A stretch of DNA of 64,000 nt from Caldisericota bacterium (GTDB lineage Bacteria > Caldisericota > Caldisericia > JAAYUI01): positions 64,001 to 128,000 of the forward strand of contig JAKPMO010000004.1 of the NCBI GenBank assembly GCA_029548865.1. Direction: 5' to 3'. Both the position numbers and the translations under genes were made by a program. The notes under the pieces are model-generated. The model was given only the letters and a program-made list of their open reading frames with translations, ran no database searches and was not told the origin of the DNA. Below are positions 46,701-54,055 of the stretch, in pieces; within the stretch, counting starts at the first letter, position 1; each line of letters opens with the position of its first letter.

Positions 46701-47856
46701 TGGAAATTGAGAAAGAACTACCCGCGTATGAATCCAAACTAGCTTGCCATAGTGTTGCACCTGTTTCGAGATCAAGTGCGTATGCTATTCCTTTGCCAAA
46801 AGTCAGATACACAATTCCATTTGAGATAGCAGGGTCTGTTGTGCTACCAATATCAGCAAATTTTTTCCATATTATTTTCCCTGATGCGATGTCGATGCCA
46901 TATATGCTGCAATCCGATGATCCATCCTTTATGTTCTGCTGTTCTGGGTCCATTGTGCCAATGACCAACATATTTCCTGATATTCCCGGAGTGCTCGCGA
47001 TTGGATGATCAAGTTTGATCATCCAGACTTCATTTCCGGTATTTGCATCAACACAATACAACTGTCCTTTAGAATTTCCAAAATAAATCTTCGCATCTTT
47101 GTGGGCCGAGCTTGCAATAAAATCATTATCTGATTGGCCGTATGTTTTTTTCCAGACGATAGCTCCATTTTCCTGGTTTAAACAATAAATTGTTCCATCA
47201 GATGCGCCTATATATAATTTCCCATTGGAGCAGACCGGTGAAGATGAATAAATCATAGCTCCTATTTTTGTCTTCCATTTCATTGCCCCTGATGTGGCAT
47301 CAAGGCAGTAAATGAAATTGTTTTCATCAAATGTACCGAAAAAAACACTCGATCCAACCACAACTGGTGAACACATGACAGGGCATTTTGTATCAAATTT
47401 CCAGAGCTCTTTGCCATCGAGTGCATTGAAGCAATAAAATTTGCATCCACGAAACAACTCTTCAGATGGTTTATAACCTGCGAAACAGCCGGAGTAAACT
47501 TTCCCGCCATAGACAGCAGGAGCACAATAGTTTCCATAACCACTCATCCTTGCTTTCCACATTTCTTTTCCAGTTGTAAGATCGATGCAGTGCAAACTGG
47601 CATTTGGAGTGCTTCTCGCATGATCACAAAAAAATACCTTTCCATTAGATATGACAGCTGGAGAATCTATTCTTCCATTCGCAGTAAAAGTCCAAAGCTC
47701 TCTAAGTTCCGCAGAGCCTGGGCCACATGATGAATAGCCTTGTGATTCAGCTGTACCATGAAAGAAATTCCAGTCGCAATCATCAATTGCAATAGCGGTG
47801 GTCAGTGTTGTTATAAGAAAAATAGTTATTATTGCCAAAAATATCGTCCTCTTCAT
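43738..47856 (-). CDS. Secreted double PQQ-like beta-propeller protein with Ig/BACON-like domains and C-terminal stalk domain
   Basis: Two blocks of YCLDAxxGxxxW repeats; TMVPFRFIAEALGAQVEWD. Confidence 0.85.
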   Translation of the reverse strand: MKRTIFLAIITIFLITTLTTAIAIDDCDWNFFHGTAESQGYSSCGPGSAELRELWTFTANGRIDSPAVISNGKVFFCDHARSTPNASLHCIDLTTGKEMWKARMSGYGNYCAPAVYGGKVYSGCFAGYKPSEELFRGCKFYCFNALDGKELWKFDTKCPVMCSPVVVGSSVFFGTFDENNFIYCLDATSGAMKWKTKIGAMIYSSSPVCSNGKLYIGASDGTIYCLNQENGAIVWKKTYGQSDNDFIASSAHKDAKIYFGNSKGQLYCVDANTGNEVWMIKLDHPIASTPGISGNMLVIGTMDPEQQNIKDGSSDCSIYGIDIASGKIIWKKFADIGSTTDPAISNGIVYLTFGKGIAYALDLETGATLWQASLDSYAGSSFSISNNMVVVGEADGTLHCYTESIVNQHIIDFGEITSGQKLEREINVRNNQQSQQEFKVTITNGDWIRIDKTKISLNGRQDGKIKVSLIPDKMAQSGIYKGKITISSGSLEASVELMAYTLSGSEEDPNSCEWKNFGKTSTHSFTCDPKCAPTSNYLKKAWITALKAGESNYSLLSDQSKIFVALANSNHYGKLFCLKRSSGEKLWNESMESTNEGSASIEGGNILFGSSYELYSMSVETGKERWSFKIDADKNSKVNIKPISRPGRIFFTASDGNLYSVASDTGEKIWSTPLGESVSAYPAYDKGKVYAVSASKLYCIESSTGLIIWESSLSGKPTNSPSISNGNIFIVTSIASTNNIGASEQTFVNCIDLVSGKNVWSSKIEGKIHSSIISDGEFVYFGCSDGFMYCLDAKKGTRKWIFNSEGIISATPVLSGDKLFFGNTALKIFCIDKNAGSLVWTVPTKAPITSGVILVNGDLYAVDDEGIVYCLNNDENAVPTKLEIRNIGEKVELEQTVQLEGAVLDAKDNQMRGYPVSWASEPEGIVTISDKGVLKATSIGKCKIICRTEKLEANLDIEVVGKIPPECSDEIDFGTVEPGVEKTLELKVKNQSCTSIDIRISESDEWFECSLPSVHIQKGETYTLKIRTVPDKLPDGAWLTGKLNLDWGDDKKDIKVKVVGKGISFSRTEIDIGDIQVSQIQSRTIIISNNTKNDVQMAISSSANWIKYSPESVAIKSGKDGSVTITIETWEFEGNKTYNGLVMFDWPLGNVEVPVKVNALPDKTPPQIRISDTITIYNATEAEITGETEKGCSVIVDGIQAKLTGTQFSAKIKVVQAPSKKTIIIESTDKSGNKTVKEVLIVNIKRRKVVMTVGVATMTVNGKSVAINPPPTILRGATMVPVRAIADAFDATTEFNKDTNSVTITLDGRKIIIFIGSQTAIVDGETKLIKPPAIIYNGKTMVPFRFIAEALGAQVEWDPKTKTITLNMDKMP

Positions 47857-47882
47857 ATTTGTCCCTCCTATGGCAACAAGTT

Positions 47883-47910
47883 ATTGTAAATAATAAAATT
47901 TAAATTTCAA
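47883..47910 (-). promoter_or_regulatory. Promoter of the propeller gene pair
   Basis: TTGAAA-N16-TACAAT, followed by SD AGGAGG. Confidence 0.6.
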
Positions 47911-47943
47911 CAACCCAGTCCGAACCATTATAGGCCGTAAAAT

Positions 47944-47974
47944 AAAAAAGGCGACCCTATAGGGTCGCCTTTTT
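47944..47974 (-). terminator. Intrinsic terminator after rpoC
   Basis: AAAAAGGCGACCC-tata-GGGTCGCCTTTTT. Confidence 0.9.
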
Positions 47975-47995
47975 GTAAATTTTTGTTTACGAAAG

Positions 47996-50900
47996 TTAAT
48001 CCTGCTGTTTGGGTGGTGCAGTTTCCTGATCCGTTGTGAAAGGAGTTTCCTCCTTTGTTTCCACAACCATGTCAAGATAGCATGGGGTTCCTGTGCCTGC
48101 AGGTATGAGTTGTCCTACAATGACTGCTTCTTTGAGGCCGTGTATCGGGTCTATCTTGCCTTTTACAGCTGCTTCAGCAAGAACCCTTGGTGTTTCCTGG
48201 AACGAAGCTGCAGAGAGGAATGATTCGGATGTGATAGCTGATTTGGTGACCCTTTGAAGTATTGGTTCGAATGTTGCAGGTTTTTTGTTTTGTGCAATCA
48301 GATATCTGTTTTCTTCCTCAATTTCCTGCTTGTCGGCAGTTTCACCAGGCAAGAATCTTGAATCTCCCGAATCTTTGATTTTTATTCTGCGGAGGAGCTG
48401 TCTGATGATTATTTCGACATGCTTATCGTTTATGTCTACACCCTGTGATTTATAGACTTTTTGAATTGCTTCGATCAGATAAGACTGGGTGGCCATTACA
48501 CCTTTAATTCTCAATAGTTCGTGTGGATTGAGTGAGCCTTCGGTTATTGGCGTTCCTGCCTCTACTTCCTCATTGTTTTGAACAAGAAGCTGGCTTGTGT
48601 ATGGCACTTCGTATGTTTTTTGGGCACCGTCTTTGGAGGTTACAATAACATTGAGCATATCCTTGCCCTGATCGATTGTTATCTTGCCGGATATTTCAGT
48701 GACAGGAGCTTCTCCCTTTGGCTTCCTTGCTTCAAAAAGCTCCTCGACCCTTGGAAGACCGGTGGTGATGTCGGCCGAAGCGACGCCTCCGGTGTGGAAT
48801 GTCTGGAGTGTGAGCTGTGTGCCTGGTTCTCCGATTGATTGGGCGGCGACGATTCCAACTGCTTCGCCAACATTCACAAGGTTTCCGGAGGATAAGTCTC
48901 TGCCGTAGCAAAGAGCGCATACACCTTCGGTGCTCTGGCAAGTAAGTGGTGAACGCATTCTGACTTGTGCTATTCCAGCATCATTGATCTCTTCGACTGC
49001 CTTTTCATCAACCATCTGGCCTGCCTTGACGATTGCCCATGGCTCGCCAGTTGCAACAGCAATCTTTTCGAAATCAAGATTCTTTGCTGTTTTAAGCATT
49101 TGCTTGGTTATTTTGGACCCACGTTCATAATGAATCTTACCACGTTTGACGATGTCATGGGCTAAAATCCCGCCAACAACTGATTCATCATCAACTGGCA
49201 CTGTTTTTGAAGGATAACCAAGGATATCTTCGATTGCTATTCTGCCTATTATTCTGTCGCCAAGCTGTTCAACGATTGTTTTGTCGTCATAGAGGGCTGT
49301 GTAAACAACGCCATCAATGGATGTTTTGACCTTTGCAATCTTGATGTTCGCTTCGTCCATCAGCTGGGCTTTTTTCCATGTGATTGTTTGCCCCGCACTG
49401 ATGATTACTTCACCAGTTTCAGGATTGACGATATCTTCTATGGCAATTTTCCCGACAGCCTGTTTTGAAATGGGTTTTACAACCTTGTTGGCGATGATTA
49501 TTGGATAAATTTCTGTCTGGGAGCAATCATATTCCCTGACTATGATGTCGTGCGAAACATCAACAAGACGCCTTGTAAGATAACCAGAGTCTGATGTCCT
49601 TAGAGCGGTGTCTGCGAGACCTTTTCTGGAACCGTGGGTTGACATGAAGTATTCAAGAACCGTAAGGCCTTCTCTGAGGTTGGATTTAATTGGAAACTCG
49701 ATGATTTTATTGGTAGGGTCGGTCATAAGTCCCCTCATTCCGACCATCTGATTGATCTGCTTAGGTGATCCTCTTGCTCCCGAGTTTGCCATCATGTGGA
49801 CCGAATCAAACTTGCCGAAGTTGGCAAAAACAGCGCCCTTGATGTCATCAGTTGCACCAGTCCAGAGTGTTACTATTGCTTGATATCTTTCGTTGTCAGA
49901 AATAAGACCGTTGTCAAAATATTCTGTTATTTTATCTACTTCTTTTTCTGCTTTCTTGATGATTTCATTTCTTTGTGGTGGGATTTTCATATCTGTCAGG
50001 GCGATTGTTACACCGGCCTGGGTCGACATTTCATATCCGATGTCCTTGATGATGTCGAGCAATTCTGCGGTTATTGCAGGTCCATTGAGTCTGAAACACT
50101 CTGAAATGTGCTTCTGGATCATCTTGACTGCCATCAGTTCATTGAAGAATGGAAGGTTCCATTTTGTTGGGGCTTTGTCGCCAGCCATCTCAGCAACGGC
50201 TGCCCTATGGGTAATGCTCTTTTCAAGGGCTTCTCTGATCCTGCCATTGTAGATGACTCTTCCAACTGATGTTTTTATCTCAAGGCCCTTGAGGTCTTTG
50301 ACTTGGACGGTTTTACCCTTTTGGAAGAGGCTTTCACCCTTTGGAATCCTGAAGTTGATTTTGTCATGAAGGCTTACAAGGCCAGCATTCAGTGCAGCAT
50401 TTACCTCATAATAGCTGTCATAAACTTTCTTCTCATGATAGGTATCATTTTCCAGGGAGATGTAGTAGCAACCTAAAACGATGTCTTGGATTGGTTTGAT
50501 GATCGGCTGTCCAGAGGCTGGCGAAAGAATCGAGCGCGATGAAAGCATCAACAATCTTGATTCCATCTGTGCCGCAATGGTCAGAGGAACATGAACTGCC
50601 ATCTGGTCACCGTCGAAGTCAGCGTTGAATGGCGGGCAGACGAGAGGTGGTATCTGGAGTGCTTTGCCTTCAACAAGGATTGGGTCAAATGCTTCAATGC
50701 CCAGCCTGTGAAGTGTTGGAGCGCGATTTAGAAGCACCGGGTGACCTTTGACGACCTCTGATAGGATTCTGTAAACCTCTGGATGTTGCTGCTCGATTAG
50801 AGACCTTGCCTGTCTGAGACTCTGGGTGAAGCCAGTTCTGACAAGACCTTCCATCACGAATGGCTTGAAGAGTTCGAGGGCCATTTCTTTTGGAAGCCCG

Positions 50901-51949
50901 CATTGGTCTATCTTGAGGTTCGGGTTGACGACAATGACCGAACGGCCAGAGTAATCAACACGTTTTCCAAGCAGATTCTGCCTGAATCTTCCCTCTTTCC
51001 CCTTGAGTATGTCTGACAGAGATTTGAGTGGTCTGTTGGCCGTTCCAAGTATCGGGCGGTCCCTCTTTGAGTTGTCAAACAGGGCATCAACGGACTCCTG
51101 GAGCATCCTTTTTTCGTTCTGGATCATGATGTCAGGGGCCTTGACTTCCATGAGCTTTTTGAGCCTGGTATTACGGTTGATGACGCGCTGATAGAGATCG
51201 TTAAGGTCAGATGTGGCAAATCTTCCACCATCAAGCTGGAGCAATGGACGGAGGTCTGGTGGGATAACCGGAATTACTTCCAGTATCATATTTATTGGGG
51301 ACCTGCTTGTTTCATTGAATGCCTGGACAACATCCAGCCTCTTGATGGCTTTTGCTTTGCGTTGTGCTGAGCCTGAGCCAAGCTCTTCATAGAGTTCAGT
51401 GTTGAGTTTTTCGAGGTCGATTTCACCAATAAGGTCCAGGATTGCCTCGGCGCCTTTTTTGGCCTTGAAAGAATATTTTCTTCTAAGCTCCCTGTATTCT
51501 TCGTCGGTGAGAAGCTGCATCTTTTGGACATTTGGTGCATTTCCTGGGTCAACAACAACGTAGTTGATGAAGTATGTTATCTTTTCAAGTACCTTGCCAG
51601 TGACTTTGAGCAGGAGAGCGATATAAGGCATGGTTTTTAGATACCATGTGTGCACGACCGGGGCGGCCAGTTCTATGTGGCCAAAGCGCTCACGTCTTAC
51701 CTTGTTGATTGTTACTTCAACACCACATCTGTCGCAGATTACGCCTTTGTACCTTGCGCCCTTGAATTTACCGCAACGGCACTCGTAATCCTTGACTGGT
51801 CCGAATATCTTTTCGCAAAAAAGCCCATCTGGCTCGGGCTTAAAGTTGCGATATGAGATAGTTTCGGATTTTTTGACTTCGCCATGGCTCCATGAACGGA
51901 TTTCCTCGGCTGAAGACAGTATTATCTGAACGGCGGAGTTTTTGTCCAC
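47996..51949 (-). CDS. rpoC: RNA polymerase beta' subunit
   Basis: DGLFCEKIFGP, GRFRQNLLGKRVDYS, NADFDGD, SGYLTRRL, FLSAASFQET; GTG start with SD AAGGAGG. Confidence 0.99.
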   Translation of the reverse strand: MDKNSAVQIILSSAEEIRSWSHGEVKKSETISYRNFKPEPDGLFCEKIFGPVKDYECRCGKFKGARYKGVICDRCGVEVTINKVRRERFGHIELAAPVVHTWYLKTMPYIALLLKVTGKVLEKITYFINYVVVDPGNAPNVQKMQLLTDEEYRELRRKYSFKAKKGAEAILDLIGEIDLEKLNTELYEELGSGSAQRKAKAIKRLDVVQAFNETSRSPINMILEVIPVIPPDLRPLLQLDGGRFATSDLNDLYQRVINRNTRLKKLMEVKAPDIMIQNEKRMLQESVDALFDNSKRDRPILGTANRPLKSLSDILKGKEGRFRQNLLGKRVDYSGRSVIVVNPNLKIDQCGLPKEMALELFKPFVMEGLVRTGFTQSLRQARSLIEQQHPEVYRILSEVVKGHPVLLNRAPTLHRLGIEAFDPILVEGKALQIPPLVCPPFNADFDGDQMAVHVPLTIAAQMESRLLMLSSRSILSPASGQPIIKPIQDIVLGCYYISLENDTYHEKKVYDSYYEVNAALNAGLVSLHDKINFRIPKGESLFQKGKTVQVKDLKGLEIKTSVGRVIYNGRIREALEKSITHRAAVAEMAGDKAPTKWNLPFFNELMAVKMIQKHISECFRLNGPAITAELLDIIKDIGYEMSTQAGVTIALTDMKIPPQRNEIIKKAEKEVDKITEYFDNGLISDNERYQAIVTLWTGATDDIKGAVFANFGKFDSVHMMANSGARGSPKQINQMVGMRGLMTDPTNKIIEFPIKSNLREGLTVLEYFMSTHGSRKGLADTALRTSDSGYLTRRLVDVSHDIIVREYDCSQTEIYPIIIANKVVKPISKQAVGKIAIEDIVNPETGEVIISAGQTITWKKAQLMDEANIKIAKVKTSIDGVVYTALYDDKTIVEQLGDRIIGRIAIEDILGYPSKTVPVDDESVVGGILAHDIVKRGKIHYERGSKITKQMLKTAKNLDFEKIAVATGEPWAIVKAGQMVDEKAVEEINDAGIAQVRMRSPLTCQSTEGVCALCYGRDLSSGNLVNVGEAVGIVAAQSIGEPGTQLTLQTFHTGGVASADITTGLPRVEELFEARKPKGEAPVTEISGKITIDQGKDMLNVIVTSKDGAQKTYEVPYTSQLLVQNNEEVEAGTPITEGSLNPHELLRIKGVMATQSYLIEAIQKVYKSQGVDINDKHVEIIIRQLLRRIKIKDSGDSRFLPGETADKQEIEEENRYLIAQNKKPATFEPILQRVTKSAITSESFLSAASFQETPRVLAEAAVKGKIDPIHGLKEAVIVGQLIPAGTGTPCYLDMVVETKEETPFTTDQETAPPKQQD

Positions 51950-51958
51950 AGTTCCTCC

Positions 51959-54043
51959 TTATTGTTCGGCCTGCTCGGCTTTTGCCTTTGCAACGACCTC
52001 CTCAACGACTCTTGGCGGTGCTTCTTCGTAATGATCAAATTCCATACTGAAAGATCCCCTACCTCCTGTGATGGAGCCAAGGTCAATTGCGTACCTCTGT
52101 ACTTCGATAAGCGGGGCGGTTGCTTTTATGACCTGGATCTTTCCATGAGCCTCGCTACCGATTATTTTTCCTCTCCTGGAGCTGATGTCACCCATGATGT
52201 CACCCATGTACTGGTCCGGTACAGTTATTGTGAGCATATAGATTGGCTCAAGAAGAACGGACCCGCCATCTTCAAACGCTTTTCTGTATGCGAGGTTTGC
52301 GGCAAGTTTGAATGCCATTTCAGACGAGTCAACCGGGTGGTATGAACCATCGTAAACGTTTACCGAAATATCGATGACAGGATAACCTGCCAGTGTTCCT
52401 ACCTGGATGGATTCCCTGAACCCCTTTTCGATTGCAGGGATGAAGTTCTTTGGAATGGAACCACCAAACACGGATTCCTCAAAGACAAATCCTGAACCCC
52501 TTGGAAGTGGCTTGACTTCAACCCAGCAGTCACCAAACTGACCATGGCCACCGGTCTGTTTCTTGTGGCGTCCCTGGACTTTTACTGCCTTTTTGATGGT
52601 CTCGCGGTATGGAATCTTTGGAATTGATAGTGTTGTTGCAACGCCGAATTTCCTTGCTAACTTTTCGGCTGCGGCCTGCAAATGGGCCTCTCCAAGTCCG
52701 CCAAGGATGATTTCCCTGGTTTCTTCGTTGCGTGTGTATTCAAGGGTGGAATCTTCTTCGAGGAGTCTTGGAACTGCAACACCGATTTTGTCATCATCAG
52801 CTTTTGATTTTGCCTTGAGAGACATTCTAAGAACTGGTTTTGGAAAATCTATGCCTTTTATAATGATTGGTTTGACTGGATCAGCGAGAGTCTCGCCGGT
52901 AAGGGTTTTGCTGAGTTTTGTGAGGACCCCAATGTCACCAGCCTTGAGCTCTGAAACGTTGTCCTGCTTTTTGCCTATCGGGATTGATACAACACTGATG
53001 CGCTCTTCCTCGTCCTTGTTGATGTTTTCAAGTTTTGTATCTGGCGTGAGTGAACCAGTGATGACCTTGAGGTATGTGATTCTTCCAACAAATGGATCAG
53101 CAGTTGTCTTAAAGACGAGTGCTGAGAATGGCTGGGATGGGTCAGTTTTTACCTTTATTTCCTGCTCTGTTTTTGCATCTTTGGCTGACTCTGGTTGTGC
53201 GTGGTCCGGCGATGGGAAGTAGTCGATTATTGCATCAAGAACATTTTGTGTTCCAATATTGGAGAGTGAGGATGTGGCCATGACTGGATAGACCTTGCCA
53301 TTTTTTACAGACTCGTGGAGTGCTTTGACAACCTGTTCCGGGGTTGGGATTTTTCCTTCAAGGTATGCCTCTAGCAGCTCATCATCCGATTCAGAAACGA
53401 CTTCTACGAGCTTGTTGTAATAGGCTTCCTGTTTTGACTTGAGATCGGCCGGGATGTCGCCTTCGACAACTTTCTTGCCACCATCGGCAAATGTGTATGA
53501 TTTTCCCTTTATAACATCGACGACGCCCTTGAATTGTGGGCCTTCGCCTATTGGGAAAGTGAGTACGAGGTAATTTTTGGTGAGGGTCTCTTCAATCTGG
53601 GCAAGGGCATTGTCAAAATTTGCATGTTCCCTGTCCATCTTGTTGATTACGATTATTCTTGGGAGTTTTCTGTCTTCGCAATACTGCCAGACCTTTTCAG
53701 TTCCGACCTGGACACCGCCACCGACATCAACAAAGATGAGTGCGCTTTCAGCAGCGCGGACACCTTCGAGTGTTTCACCGACGAAATCGAAGAAACCTGG
53801 AGTGTCAAGAAGGTTTATTTTGGTGTTCTGGTGAACAACAGGAACAACAGACAGGTTTATTGAAATTTGCCTTTTTGCTTCGTCCGGATCAAAATCCGAT
53901 ATTGTTGTCCCGGCGATTACATTGCCCATTCTTTCAATAAGCCCTGTGTCAAAAGCAGCGGCTTCTACCCATGAGGTTTTACCGGCTCCACCGTGGGAGC
54001 ATAGAGCCACATTCCTGATTGATTGGGTGTCAAAAGTCTTCAT
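51959..54043 (-). CDS. fusA: Elongation factor G paralogue (EF-G2/EFG II type)
   Basis: Full five-domain EF-G (IPYRETI, KQTGGHGQF, GSYHPVDSSEMAF) with divergent G motifs SHGGAGKT, RQISI, DTPGFFDF. Confidence 0.93.
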   Translation of the reverse strand: MKTFDTQSIRNVALCSHGGAGKTSWVEAAAFDTGLIERMGNVIAGTTISDFDPDEAKRQISINLSVVPVVHQNTKINLLDTPGFFDFVGETLEGVRAAESALIFVDVGGGVQVGTEKVWQYCEDRKLPRIIVINKMDREHANFDNALAQIEETLTKNYLVLTFPIGEGPQFKGVVDVIKGKSYTFADGGKKVVEGDIPADLKSKQEAYYNKLVEVVSESDDELLEAYLEGKIPTPEQVVKALHESVKNGKVYPVMATSSLSNIGTQNVLDAIIDYFPSPDHAQPESAKDAKTEQEIKVKTDPSQPFSALVFKTTADPFVGRITYLKVITGSLTPDTKLENINKDEEERISVVSIPIGKKQDNVSELKAGDIGVLTKLSKTLTGETLADPVKPIIIKGIDFPKPVLRMSLKAKSKADDDKIGVAVPRLLEEDSTLEYTRNEETREIILGGLGEAHLQAAAEKLARKFGVATTLSIPKIPYRETIKKAVKVQGRHKKQTGGHGQFGDCWVEVKPLPRGSGFVFEESVFGGSIPKNFIPAIEKGFRESIQVGTLAGYPVIDISVNVYDGSYHPVDSSEMAFKLAANLAYRKAFEDGGSVLLEPIYMLTITVPDQYMGDIMGDISSRRGKIIGSEAHGKIQVIKATAPLIEVQRYAIDLGSITGGRGSFSMEFDHYEEAPPRVVEEVVAKAKAEQAEQ

Positions 54044-54055
54044 TGGTCCTCCAGT

